From an uncultured Gemmatimonadales bacterium (GTDB lineage: Bacteria > Gemmatimonadota > Gemmatimonadetes > Gemmatimonadales > GWC2-71-9): DNA of 64,000 bases. The notes beneath the pieces were generated by a model, which saw nothing but the letters and a program-made list of their open reading frames with translations, had not been told where the DNA came from and ran no database searches. Location: assembly GCA_963798915.1 (NCBI GenBank), contig CAWCVB010000014.1:64001-128000 (forward strand), read 5' to 3'. The position numbers and the translations under genes are program-made. Positions within the stretch are counted from its first letter, which is position 1, and each line of letters opens with the position of its first letter. Of the stretch, positions 1-9,451 are shown in pieces.

Positions 1-1
1 G

Positions 2-406
2 GAAACGCTGATCGCCGTGGATTCCACCCACCGCGCCGACCATATCCGCGCCGGTTTGGCGACACCCTCATACCGTGACGATATCCAGAACAGCGCGTTC
101 TCAGGCATGGCGCGCTATCCGGGAACCGTGCCGGCTTCGAGTATCGAGCCCCTGCTCGGCAAGCAGCAGCTTCCGTCCTTTCTCCTGGCCGCGCTCGCGC
201 GTCGGGGCGACACCGCTGCGACGCAGATCCTGCTGAAGCACCTCGACGAGGAGCGTGCATGGGTGCGCCAATGGGTGCTGCAGGCCTTCCGAAACGGGAT
301 GCCCCACGATCAGGCGGTGCGCGCATTGCAGCCGGTGGCTGCAACGCTGACGCATGAAGATGTGAAGTCGGCGGTCCAGAAGCTTCTCGAGGCTCCGGCC
401 CGGTGA
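2..406 (+). CDS. C-terminal part of a probable HEAT-repeat-like protein (5' truncated by window edge)
   Basis: Frame open from position 2; helical motif LLKHLDEERAWVRQWVLQA; stop overlaps next start (GTGA). Confidence 0.5.
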   Translation, partial: ETLIAVDSTHRADHIRAGLATPSYRDDIQNSAFSGMARYPGTVPASSIEPLLGKQQLPSFLLAALARRGDTAATQILLKHLDEERAWVRQWVLQAFRNGMPHDQAVRALQPVAATLTHEDVKSAVQKLLEAPAR

Positions 407-1800
407 TGCGGTGGTGGCGCGGGCCGGCGCTGGTCGCCGCCATAACTGCGAGTGTGGCTGCCCGCGAGGTGGTGGCCCAGCTCCCCTCCGATGTGGCGGT
501 CCGGACAACCGTTGACTCACTGGCCGGGGCTGCGTTGAGCGACGGGCCGGTGGCGGGCATGGTGGTCGAAGTTGTGCGCGGGGCTGATACGATCGTGAAC
601 CGCGGCTACGGGCTGGCCGACATCGCGAGCCGCCGGCCGGCTACCGACTCGACGGTGTTTCGTATCGGGTCCATCACCAAGCAATTCACGGCTTCACTCA
701 TCATGCAGCTGGTGGAGCAGGGCAAGGTTGCCCTGGCCGACTCGCTCACCCGGTTCCTGCCCGACTACCCCGTGCAGGGTCATGACGTCAGAGTCTTCCA
801 CCTGCTGACGCACACCTCCGGCATCAAGAGCTACACGTCGCTCGGCCCCAGGTGGTCAGCGCACATGGGCGAAGCCATGCCGCTGGACACGCTCATTGCC
901 CTGTTCAAGGACGAGCCCTTTGACTTCGCGCCGGGCGCCCGCTTTCTCTATGACAACTCCGGCTATGTGCTGCTGGGGAAGATCATCGAAGTGGTGACCG
1001 GCAAGCCCTATGCGACGTACCTCACCGAGAGTCTGCTCCGTCCGCTGGGCTTGCACCACACTCGCTACTGCCCTGACACGCCCCGGCCGCCGTCCGACGC
1101 CATGGGGTATACGCCAGGCGCCAATGGCCTCGCACCGGCACGTCCACTCAGCATGACCCAGCCATTCGCAGCTGGCGCACTCTGCTCCACCGTGGGCGAC
1201 CTGGTGCGCTGGACAGCGCTGCTGCATTCCGGCAAGGTGGTAGCGCCGGCATCATTCGCCCGGATGACGGCACCGGTTCCACTCGACAATGGCGACACCT
1301 CAGCCTACGGATTCGGCCTGGCCGTGGGCAATCTCGACGGGCATCGCTGGATCGGGCACGGCGGCGGCATCAACGGGTTCGTGTCCCAGCTCGTGCGTTA
1401 CCCGGATGATGACGTGACGATCGCCGTGCTGGTGAATTCCGAAGGCGGTGTTGCCGATGCAGTGGCGGAGAATGCGGCCCGGGCCGCCCTCGGGATTCCC
1501 ATCCTCCCGCCGAAGGACCTGGCCGTGCCATCCGCCGAGCGGCAGCGACTGCTGGGAAGCTACAGCTCGGGCGGGTTCACGATTCGGGTGGTGGAACGCG
1601 ACAGTCTCCTCGCCATCCAGCCCACCGGGCAGCCAGAGGTCCGGCTGCTGGCGCAGGGCGGGGGCGTCTATCTGCCCAAGCCGGCGCCAGATCAGGAAAT
1701 CCGGTTTGTCGGTAACGGCGGCCATCCGGAGGCGATGACCATTTCAGTGGGAGGCCGGGTGGTTTGGACCGGTCAGCGGGTGGCCACGACCGGCGACTGA
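403..1800 (+). CDS. Secreted serine hydrolase, beta-lactamase class C/AmpC-like family
   Basis: Signal peptide; SxxK (GSITK), YxN (YDNSGY), HGGG motifs; LLTHTSGI. Confidence 0.9.
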   Translation: MMRWWRGPALVAAITASVAAREVVAQLPSDVAVRTTVDSLAGAALSDGPVAGMVVEVVRGADTIVNRGYGLADIASRRPATDSTVFRIGSITKQFTASLIMQLVEQGKVALADSLTRFLPDYPVQGHDVRVFHLLTHTSGIKSYTSLGPRWSAHMGEAMPLDTLIALFKDEPFDFAPGARFLYDNSGYVLLGKIIEVVTGKPYATYLTESLLRPLGLHHTRYCPDTPRPPSDAMGYTPGANGLAPARPLSMTQPFAAGALCSTVGDLVRWTALLHSGKVVAPASFARMTAPVPLDNGDTSAYGFGLAVGNLDGHRWIGHGGGINGFVSQLVRYPDDDVTIAVLVNSEGGVADAVAENAARAALGIPILPPKDLAVPSAERQRLLGSYSSGGFTIRVVERDSLLAIQPTGQPEVRLLAQGGGVYLPKPAPDQEIRFVGNGGHPEAMTISVGGRVVWTGQRVATTGD

Positions 1801-2483
1801 GGCGTCAGCAGCCACTCGGCGACCGGGGCCAGCGCCTCGGCGGCCGCAACCGGATCATCCGTGCGTGGCAGCCCGATCACGCGCGGCACACCAGAGAGCC
1901 GCTGGATGGCGGCGGCGTTGCTTCCGGTGCTGCTGTCGGGCGATGACGGTGGGGTGAGGAGCGTCGCGACCACCGGTACCGCGGCCAGCTCCAGCGCGCC
2001 CAGGGTGAGGAGCATGTGATTGAGCGTGCCGCGGCGATCGCAGCCGACCACGATGGCACGGGCGTCGAGCCCCTGGGCAACATCCACCAGGCACCACTCC
2101 CAGGTAAACGGCGAGAGCAGCCCGCTCGCCCCTTCCACCAGCAGCAGGTCGCAGCGCGACGCATAGCGCTCAATGCTGAGCAGCGTCTCATCGAAGTCGA
2201 GAGAGACGCCGGCCCGTTCGGCGGCGAGCGCGGGCGCCAGCTCGTCGGGAAAGCGGTACAGCGCCTCGAGCGGCGCCTCCTGGCCGGTGGCCCGGGCCAG
2301 GATCACGCCGTCCTCGTGCTCGCGGCCCTCATCGCTGCATCCGGTTTCCACCAGCTTGATGGCGCGGACATCCCGGCCCGCGCGCCGCAGTGCGCGACTG
2401 AGTGCAGCCGTGACCCAGGTCTTGCCGACTTCGGTGTCGGTGCCGGTCACGATCACGACATTGCTGCGGCGCGTCTCACTCAT
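1773..2483 (-). CDS. bioD: Dethiobiotin synthase
   Basis: GTDTEVGKT P-loop, LLVEGASG, GTLNH; ATG at 2483 overlaps the end of the bioA-like gene; 3' end overlaps the convergent hydrolase. Confidence 0.88.
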   Translation of the reverse strand: MSETRRSNVVIVTGTDTEVGKTWVTAALSRALRRAGRDVRAIKLVETGCSDEGREHEDGVILARATGQEAPLEALYRFPDELAPALAAERAGVSLDFDETLLSIERYASRCDLLLVEGASGLLSPFTWEWCLVDVAQGLDARAIVVGCDRRGTLNHMLLTLGALELAAVPVVATLLTPPSSPDSSTGSNAAAIQRLSGVPRVIGLPRTDDPVAAAEALAPVAEWLLTPQSPVVATR

Positions 2484-3903
2484 GGGATGCTCCAAAGAGG
2501 GTCTGGCAGCTCTCCACCAGGGTGTCGGCCAGGAAGTCGAGTTCCGAGTGGGTGATGGTGATTGGTGGGACCAGCATGACGACGTCATCGCTGGCGATCA
2601 GGAACACGCCCCGCTGGCGCGCTGCGGCGCAGACCCGACGCGCACGTGCGTCGCCCGGCTCGCCACCGGGCGACCCCTCGACCTGGACACCCGCCACCAA
2701 CCCGTACTGGCGAATTGCCGCCACGCCCGGCGCGGCGGCCACGCGCTCCAGCACGGTGGAAAAGTATTCGGCATGTCCGGGCAGTCGTTCCAGGAGGCCG
2801 GTGCGATCAAAGATGTCGAGCGTGGCCAGCGCCGCGCTGGCTGCCAGCTGGTTTCCGCTGAAACTGTAGCCATGCGCAAACAGCACGTCCGCTCCATCCA
2901 CGAAGCGATCATGAATCCGGTCGGTCGCGAGCACGGCACCCATGGGCAGGTAGCCACCCGTCAAGCCGTTGGAAAGGCAGAGCAGGTCGGGCGTGATCCG
3001 TTCCTTTTCGCACGCAAACATGGCGGCCGAGCGCCCGAAGCCGATTGCGGTCTCATCGGCAATGAGGAATGTGCCGGCCGCGCTGGCACGCTCCCGCACT
3101 CGGGCGGCGAAGCCATGTGGCTGGGTGCGGACGCCTGCCGGCAGCTGCACGCCCGGCTCCAGAATCACGGCCGCGAGCCGGCTGCGCTCCCGCTCGAGCA
3201 GTTGCAGGAACTCATCCGGGGAGCCAGCCTCGAGCATGCCCAGCGAGCGGTCGCCCAGGGAACCATGCGCCGCGCCCGCCAGCCGCAGGAAGCGGGTCCG
3301 CTCGCGATCGTCCGGGTCCTGGCTCCGCTGCCAGAACTCGCCAGCCATCTGCAGCGCCGCGCGAACGGCGGTTGAACCATCGTCAGTGTAGAACACCCGG
3401 CACAGACCGTCCGGCGCCCGTTCAGCCAGGCGATGAGCCAGCGTCACGGCTGGCACGCTTGCGTGGCCGTGGAATGTGGAGTGGGCGATCCGGGAGAGCT
3501 GCTCGCGAATGGCCTCGTCGATCTCGGGCCGGGAGTGCCCCAGCAGGTTGCACCAGCGGGAACTGACCGCGTCGAGATAGCGGCGTCCGTACATGTCGAC
3601 CAGGTAGTGCCCGTCACCGGCAACGATCAGCAGAGGATCGGAATCGCGGTAACGGGCCTGCTGCGTGAAGGGATGCCAGCAGTGGGCATCGTCCCAGGCA
3701 ACCAGCGCTTTGCGCGGCGGCTCGGACGGCGGACGCGACGGCGGGAGGAATGCCTCGGCACGGGGCTGGTCGTCGAGGGGGCGCCCGCCAGTGGCTTCAA
3801 CGTCCGCACCGTGATGCTGCTCTGGCGGAGTGGTCTGGCCCTCCCGGCTGCTCTGCGAGGCAGAGCGCACCCGATTGTTCTTCCCCTCGACCGGCCTGTC
3901 CAT
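2476..3903 (-). CDS. bioA: BioA-like class III aminotransferase lacking catalytic residues (pseudoenzyme or decaying gene)
   Basis: WHPFTQ, DETAIGFGR, GLTGGYLP, GNQLA motifs; PLP lysine position reads Asn (CLSNGLTGG). Confidence 0.8.
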   Translation of the reverse strand: MDRPVEGKNNRVRSASQSSREGQTTPPEQHHGADVEATGGRPLDDQPRAEAFLPPSRPPSEPPRKALVAWDDAHCWHPFTQQARYRDSDPLLIVAGDGHYLVDMYGRRYLDAVSSRWCNLLGHSRPEIDEAIREQLSRIAHSTFHGHASVPAVTLAHRLAERAPDGLCRVFYTDDGSTAVRAALQMAGEFWQRSQDPDDRERTRFLRLAGAAHGSLGDRSLGMLEAGSPDEFLQLLERERSRLAAVILEPGVQLPAGVRTQPHGFAARVRERASAAGTFLIADETAIGFGRSAAMFACEKERITPDLLCLSNGLTGGYLPMGAVLATDRIHDRFVDGADVLFAHGYSFSGNQLAASAALATLDIFDRTGLLERLPGHAEYFSTVLERVAAAPGVAAIRQYGLVAGVQVEGSPGGEPGDARARRVCAAARQRGVFLIASDDVVMLVPPITITHSELDFLADTLVESCQTLFGASHE

Positions 3904-4004
3904 CCGTCCTCGCTCTCTCTCAACCCGGAGACTATACCAGGCCCGAGAGGGCGACAAGCGCGGTCTTGAGTTTGCCGTGGAGGCGTGCGAGCTTCTGGCC
4001 GGTC

Positions 4005-4077
4005 GGGGGCGTAGCTCAGCTGGTAGAGCATGCGGCTTTTAACCGCCAGGTCGTGGGTTCGAGTCCCACCGCCCCCA
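4005..4077 (+). tRNA. tRNA-Lys(UUU)
   Basis: Acceptor GGGGGCG/CGCCCCC, D arm GCTCAGCTGGTAGAGC, anticodon loop CTTTTAA, T loop GTTCGAGTC; CCA not encoded. Confidence 0.95.
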
Positions 4078-4081
4078 TACG

Positions 4082-4222
4082 GGACGGGCAGGATGGGCAG
4101 GACGGGCAGGAGGGGCAGGTTCGAGCGATGGGATGGGATCGACTCGACGTTTGGTCCCGCCCATCCCGCCCATCCCGCCCATCCCGCCCGCCTTGCCCGT
4201 CTCGCCCGTCCTGCCCGTCCTG
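4082..4222. repeat. Inverted pair of 9-bp tandem arrays (GGACGGGCA x4 ... CCCGCCCAT/TGCCCGTCC x~7)
   Basis: Direct reading; the two arrays are approximately reverse complementary. Confidence 0.85.
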
Positions 4223-4312
4223 AAGAGAGTTGGGAAAATCCCAGTATCGCTCCCGGAAGAATCTTCCCATCATCGAGTTACACCGGCCATGGTGGCCGCG
4301 GAGGACTCGACG

Positions 4313-4819
4313 ATGGAATCTGCTCAGTTCGCAATCGAATACGAGGGCCACCAATGGTGGTTCAGCCTGCAACGCGCGGCACCGCTGGCCGATGACGGGC
4401 TCGCGCCCGCCGGCCAGGACATGGCAGTGTGGATGTTCCATGCCCCCGATGATCAACTGGTGGAGGCGCGGCCGGCCATGGAGAACGAGCCGAGGGAGAT
4501 TACCGCCCGCCGGCTGAAGGATTGGCTCACCCACTGGATCTACGAGAAGGCCAGGCGCCGTATCATGCTCGATGGCCTGGGCTGGCAAGTCTGGCGTGAG
4601 CCGGGCGTGTCGGTCATGTCGGGCACCCGCGGCGAGCGCACCTCACTGCCGCCGCCGCCCGGGCTCTACTTCACGAGCGATCAGGGCGAGATGCTCTTCA
4701 TCCAGGAGCGGCTCCACGCCATGCGCTTCGTCACCATGCCCGCACGCGAACTGGTGCGACGGCTGGTCCGGGCTCGGCGCGACGACGGCTGGCGTCGCCG
4801 CGTGCGGATGAACGGCTGA
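4313..4819 (+). CDS. Hypothetical protein
   Basis: ORF with GGAGG upstream of ATG 4313; protein-like composition. Confidence 0.65.
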   Translation: MESAQFAIEYEGHQWWFSLQRAAPLADDGLAPAGQDMAVWMFHAPDDQLVEARPAMENEPREITARRLKDWLTHWIYEKARRRIMLDGLGWQVWREPGVSVMSGTRGERTSLPPPPGLYFTSDQGEMLFIQERLHAMRFVTMPARELVRRLVRARRDDGWRRRVRMNG

Positions 4820-4894
4820 CGCGGTGCTCGAGGACCGGGCGCGGGAAAGCGTCCGGCCCTCGCCGGATGCCTGTGCAGGGGTAGATTATGTCCC

Positions 4895-5065
4895 ATGCGC
4901 ATACCAGCACTTGTCTGCCTCACGGCCCTGATTTCCGCCAGCCCTCTCTCCGCCCAACAATCCTTCGCCATCCGCGACCGTGGTCCCGCCGACAGCATCA
5001 TGGGAAGCGGCGCGCCCGCCTCCACAGCCGGCGAGCGGGTCATGGTGCCGCGGAGCGCGCCATGA
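4895..5065 (+). CDS. Small 56-aa ORF with Sec-type signal peptide (not in ORF track)
   Basis: MRIPALVCLTALISASPLSA-QQSFAIRD...; TAGATT 7 nt upstream; stop overlaps ilvE start (ATGA). Confidence 0.5.
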   Translation: MRIPALVCLTALISASPLSAQQSFAIRDRGPADSIMGSGAPASTAGERVMVPRSAP

Positions 5066-5916
5066 GCGTGGTGTGGCTTGACGGCGCCTGGCTGGACCAG
5101 ACCTCAGCCATGATCTCGGTCTATGATCATGGCCTGCTGTACGGTGACGGCGTGTTCGAGGGCATGCGCGCGTACGGCGGCCGGATCTTCCGGATGGAGC
5201 GCCACCTCGATCGCCTGTACGATTCCGCGCGTGCCGTATGGCTCGACATCCCGATGCCGAAGGAGGAGCTGGCCGCCGTCACGCGCGAGGCGGTGCAGCG
5301 GGCGGCGATGGATGACGCCTATCTCCGTCACATCGTCACCCGGGGCCGTGGCGACCTCGGGCTCGACCCCAGAAAGTGTCCACGGCCGACCGTCCTGCTC
5401 ATCGTCGATACGATCCGGCTGTGGCCTGAGGAGACCTACCAGGCCGGGCTCAGGGTGATCACTGCCGGGACGCCCATGGTCCACCGCGAGGCGCTGTCAC
5501 CCCGTGTCAAGTCACTCAATTATCTGAGTCATATTCTGGCCAAGGTCGAGGCAATCCAGGCCGGGGCTGACGAGGCGCTCATGCTGGATCCTTGCGGTTA
5601 CGTGACCGAGGGTTCGGGCCAGAATCTTTTCGTCTGCAAGGGCGGCGTCCTGCGGACGCCGCCGGCATGGGCCGGCATTCTCAAGGGCGTCACCCGTGAC
5701 GCGGTGATCGAACTCGCTGCCGATGCCGGTCTGCGCGTGCTGGAGGAGCCGCTCAATCGCTACGACATCTATACCGCGGATGAGGCGTTCTTCACCGGAA
5801 GTGCGTCGGAGATTGCTCCCATCCGCGAGCTCGATGGTCGCACGATCGGTAGCGGCCGGATGGGGCCCGTCACGGGCGACCTGCGTGAGCGATTCCGCGC
5901 GCTCGTGCGTGGCTGA
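5062..5916 (+). CDS. ilvE: Branched-chain amino acid aminotransferase
   Basis: DHGLLYGDGVFEG, KSLNY, EGSGQN, ILKGVTR, DEAFFTG motifs. Confidence 0.93.
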   Translation: MSVVWLDGAWLDQTSAMISVYDHGLLYGDGVFEGMRAYGGRIFRMERHLDRLYDSARAVWLDIPMPKEELAAVTREAVQRAAMDDAYLRHIVTRGRGDLGLDPRKCPRPTVLLIVDTIRLWPEETYQAGLRVITAGTPMVHREALSPRVKSLNYLSHILAKVEAIQAGADEALMLDPCGYVTEGSGQNLFVCKGGVLRTPPAWAGILKGVTRDAVIELAADAGLRVLEEPLNRYDIYTADEAFFTGSASEIAPIRELDGRTIGSGRMGPVTGDLRERFRALVRG

Positions 5917-5929
5917 TTCGGTGCGACCC

Positions 5930-6514
5930 ATGCTGGCGGTCCTCGCTGACGCTCCCCAATCCGGCGTCGTGCTTCCGCGTATTGCCGCCGAGATCGGCTC
6001 GGCTCACGCGACCCGGCTCTACCGGGTGATGCTGGCACGGGCCATCGCGGCGGCGCGTGGCGCGCAGCTGCCCTGCACGGTCTGGTACCGTCCGCCCGAC
6101 AACGCGCCGATGTTCCGGCGCTGGCTGGGCGAAGATGCTGACCTGCGGCCGCAGGCCTCCGGCAGTCTCGGTGCCCGTGCCTCGGCCGCTGTGGCCGGCA
6201 GCAATCTTCCGGATGGATGGTTCGTGATGCTTCGCCCGGTAGCAGACCTGGACGCGGCGCTGCTGCTGCAGGCATCGCGTCTCCTCGAGGATGTGCCGTT
6301 TGTGCTCGGTTCCGCATCGGACGGCGGAGTGTATCTTGCGGGCGCACGGATGGCGCCGCCGCCGGTGCTTCGCGAACTGGAGAATGCAGGTCCCGGCGCA
6401 CTCGCCCTGCTGCGCTCGGCGCTGGACCTTTCCGGAATTCCCTACGCCGAGTTGCCCGTGCGGCGAGCGATCGAGTCGGCGGCCGATGCGCGTGCGGCCC
6501 GATTGCTGGCATGA
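5930..6514 (+). CDS. DUF2064 / CofC-like nucleotidyltransferase-fold protein
   Basis: PQASGSLGAR and VLGSASDGGVYL resemble DUF2064 motifs. Confidence 0.6.
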   Translation: MLAVLADAPQSGVVLPRIAAEIGSAHATRLYRVMLARAIAAARGAQLPCTVWYRPPDNAPMFRRWLGEDADLRPQASGSLGARASAAVAGSNLPDGWFVMLRPVADLDAALLLQASRLLEDVPFVLGSASDGGVYLAGARMAPPPVLRELENAGPGALALLRSALDLSGIPYAELPVRRAIESAADARAARLLA

Positions 6515-6568
6515 ATGGTACAGATCGGATGCGGCCCCTGGCCGCGGGGATGAAAAGTGGAGTTGGCG

Positions 6569-6832
6569 ATGGCATGGAGAGTTGTGGAGGTTGGCAGCCA
6601 ACGGTGGCATGTCTCCGTGGCGGCGGAGCGGCGGGCAAGCTCGTCACTCTGGGGACTGGCGCTGGCCTTTCGGGCTGCCGGACCAGCACCCCGCCGACCG
6701 GCAGTCTGGGCTTCTTATCCTTTTGAATCGGCATCGAAGGCCGCCCTGTTTTCGCGGGCTGAATCGATTCCCGATGATGAACTCACGGCGCTCCTGGCGG
6801 AGCAGCTCGGCGCCGCGCACCAGGCACACTGA
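6569..6832 (+). CDS. Hypothetical protein
   Basis: GGAG upstream of ATG; closely packed with next ORF. Confidence 0.55.
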   Translation: MAWRVVEVGSQRWHVSVAAERRASSSLWGLALAFRAAGPAPRRPAVWASYPFESASKAALFSRAESIPDDELTALLAEQLGAAHQAH

Positions 6833-6833
6833 A

Positions 6834-7085
6834 ATGACCCACCACATTTCGATCCAGCAGCTCCGGCAAGTCTCCGATACTCTGGCCCAGCTCAGGGGCT
6901 GCGAGGTGCTGGACACTGTCATGCGGTCGGACTTCCGGCAGATCAAGATTGTCCTCGCAGACGCCACGGTGGTGCTGATCGCCGTGGCCGCGGACGACGC
7001 CGGCCAGCCGCGTCTCGAAGTTGATGTGGTCCAGGCCGCCCGGGCCGACGGCCCTCAGCTCGAGGTCCGGTTCGATTCGGCCTGA
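6834..7085 (+). CDS. Hypothetical protein
   Basis: ATG 1 nt after previous stop; globular composition MTHHISIQQL... Confidence 0.6.
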   Translation: MTHHISIQQLRQVSDTLAQLRGCEVLDTVMRSDFRQIKIVLADATVVLIAVAADDAGQPRLEVDVVQAARADGPQLEVRFDSA

Positions 7086-7106
7086 AGATTGCTCCCTCCC
7101 GGACCC

Positions 7107-7526
7107 ATGGACTCCTCCGCCCCGTATCAGGAACGGCTTCGATTCGCCGAGTTCGTCCTTGACCGGCTGCCCAATGGGCGGTGCCGGGCCCGGGTTGTGC
7201 TGACCTGGAAAGAGGCCGACCGGTACCAGGGCGAATGCGAAGGGCTGGCCTCCCAGAACGGGGAATTGCGTTGTGCCGCTGACGCCACCGTGCAGGCCCT
7301 CGAAGCGGCCGTCAACCGGGCCGTCAGCTTCGAACTGCTAGGCGTCAAGGCAGTTCGGGCGTTTGACGCGACCGTGGTGATCGTCTCGTTGACGGTGGTG
7401 AGCGATGGACGGTCGCAGCGGGTGGTTGGATCCTACCTGACGGACGACGACTTTGCCCGCGGCGCAGCATTGTCCGTGCTGCACGCGACCAATCGCATCC
7501 TGGGCAACCGCTTCTTCATGCGGTGA
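7107..7526 (+). CDS. Hypothetical protein
   Basis: Well-formed alpha/beta-type ORF (LLGVKAVRAFD...ATNR). Confidence 0.65.
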   Translation: MDSSAPYQERLRFAEFVLDRLPNGRCRARVVLTWKEADRYQGECEGLASQNGELRCAADATVQALEAAVNRAVSFELLGVKAVRAFDATVVIVSLTVVSDGRSQRVVGSYLTDDDFARGAALSVLHATNRILGNRFFMR

Positions 7527-7693
7527 AGCGCAACCCGGCCGGTGCCTGAGGCATCTTCAGGCATGGATCCCTGCGGCCCGGCCTGCCGCAAGCTGCACTG
7601 CGAATTGCCAGAGCGAACGGCTGCTTCATGCCCGAAGAAGCACCGAAACCATCTTAACGAGCGCGCCGTCCGGCGCATCGTGAGGAGCCGGCG

Positions 7694-9364
7694 ATGAACC
7701 GACTTCCCCTCGTCGCACTGCTGGTTGCCACTGCCTGTGCCCCGGCGGCCACCTCGGCACCGGACAACGGCGGCCTGCCCGTGCCCGCGACTGAGGCCGG
7801 GAGCCGCGCGGCCGAACCGGCCCCGCCGCCTCGCGCCAGCAGCACCGCGTCAGTTCGCAGCGGCAACAGGAAGGTCGATGCCGAAGTCGACGCCGATGTT
7901 GCCGTCGCCGCGGATTCGGCCGCGGACGCCGAGGCGCTTGAGCAGCTTGCCTCCGCGCGACCCGCAACGTCGGGGGATGATGTCGCGGGCGGGACCGCCT
8001 CGGTCACGTGGGATATCGACGTGACCTCCTTCAACAATCACGACCGGGTGCAGTATTACCTGGACTTCTTCACGGGTCCCGGCCGACCGCGCATGCAGAT
8101 CTGGCTCGAGCGGCTTCCTCGGTACGAGGGAATGATCCGTGAACGACTGGCGGAGCAGGGCCTGCCGGAGGACCTCGTCTATCTTGCGCTCATCGAGAGC
8201 GGATTTTCCAATCGGGCGGTGAGCCGCGCAAGCGCTGTCGGCATGTGGCAGTTCATGGCGGGCACCGGACGCGGTTATGGCCTCCGGATCGATTCGTGGG
8301 TCGACGACCGGCGGGATCCGATCAAGGCGACTTCGGCGGCAGCACGCCACCTCAAGGACCTGCGTGACCGGTTCGGGTCGCCGTACCTGGCGGCGGCTGC
8401 CTACAACGCCGGCGCCGGCCGTGTGGGCCGCGGCCTGGCCCGCCTCGATGATGGCGAGGACGACGACTCACTGCATTCGGATGCCACCTTCTTCCGGCTG
8501 TACAACACCGGACTCCTGCGGCGCGAAACCAAGGACTACGTGCCGAAGCTGATCGCCGCCGCCCTGATCGCCAAGGAGCCGGACAAGTATGGCTTCAGCG
8601 TTGACAGCGCTGCGGACCCGTTTCGCGCGGACTCGATCCTCGTGCCGGACATGACCGGCCTCGACGTCATAGCCCGGATTGCCGACACGACCATGGCCGA
8701 AATCCGGGACCTCAATCCGGAATATCTGCGCCTCGTGACGCCCCCCAAGGTCAGGTCCATCGTGCTGGTGCCGCCAGGCGCCGGCACGGCCGTGCAGGCC
8801 GCCTTCGATTCGCTGCCGGAAGAAGACCGCATCAGCTTTGAGGAGCATGTGGTCGGAAAGACGGAGTCGGTCATCTCGATCGCGCGAGACCACGGTATTA
8901 CCGCCGAGCAGCTCTACGAGGCAAACCCGGGCCGGAAGGGTCACGTTCGTGCGGGACAGACGCTGCTGATTCCATCCAACGATGCCATGTCGGTGATGGT
9001 GGCCAGCAGCGTGGCGCAGCCCGCGTCCCCCGTGGTGCGGATTCATAAGGTGAAGCGGGGGGAAACTCTCTCGGGCATCGCGGAGCGATATCACGTGCGC
9101 GTCTCGCAGATCCAGCGCTGGAATGCGCTTCGGTCGAGCCGGATTCGCATCGGACAGCGGCTCCGGCTGGGCGAAACCTCAGCCGAACGCGCGCGTCGGG
9201 TAACACCGGCGAGCGCCGCCCGGAGCCACGTGGTGAAGTCGGGTGAGACGCTGAGCGGGCTGGCTCGTCGCTATGGCGTTTCGCTTACGGCGCTCAGCAA
9301 GAGCAACGGGCTGACCACGCACTCACACTTGAGGATCGGCCAGCGTCTCAGGATTCCGGGCTAG
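7694..9364 (+). CDS. mltD: MltD-type lytic transglycosylase lipoprotein with LysM repeats
   Basis: Lipobox ATAC; LALIESGF, AVGMWQFM, AAYNAG; three LysM domains (HKVKRGETLS etc.). Confidence 0.9.
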   Translation: MNRLPLVALLVATACAPAATSAPDNGGLPVPATEAGSRAAEPAPPPRASSTASVRSGNRKVDAEVDADVAVAADSAADAEALEQLASARPATSGDDVAGGTASVTWDIDVTSFNNHDRVQYYLDFFTGPGRPRMQIWLERLPRYEGMIRERLAEQGLPEDLVYLALIESGFSNRAVSRASAVGMWQFMAGTGRGYGLRIDSWVDDRRDPIKATSAAARHLKDLRDRFGSPYLAAAAYNAGAGRVGRGLARLDDGEDDDSLHSDATFFRLYNTGLLRRETKDYVPKLIAAALIAKEPDKYGFSVDSAADPFRADSILVPDMTGLDVIARIADTTMAEIRDLNPEYLRLVTPPKVRSIVLVPPGAGTAVQAAFDSLPEEDRISFEEHVVGKTESVISIARDHGITAEQLYEANPGRKGHVRAGQTLLIPSNDAMSVMVASSVAQPASPVVRIHKVKRGETLSGIAERYHVRVSQIQRWNALRSSRIRIGQRLRLGETSAERARRVTPASAARSHVVKSGETLSGLARRYGVSLTALSKSNGLTTHSHLRIGQRLRIPG

Positions 9365-9395
9365 GCGGTTCGCACCAGCTGACCCTCGCATGAGA

Positions 9396-9427
9396 AAGCG
9401 GGGCCGAGCAATTGCTCGGCCCCGCTT
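9396..9427. terminator. 32-bp perfect palindrome between convergent genes (probable bidirectional terminator)
   Basis: AAGCGGGGCCGAGCAATTGCTCGGCCCCGCTT. Confidence 0.75.
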
Positions 9428-9451
9428 GTCGTGTGCTGTGACTGGCAGAAC

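Noticed and set aside
403..1800. Antibiotic-resistance beta-lactamase
   Set aside because: Motifs place it only in the broad serine hydrolase family (HGGG instead of KTG); substrate cannot be inferred.
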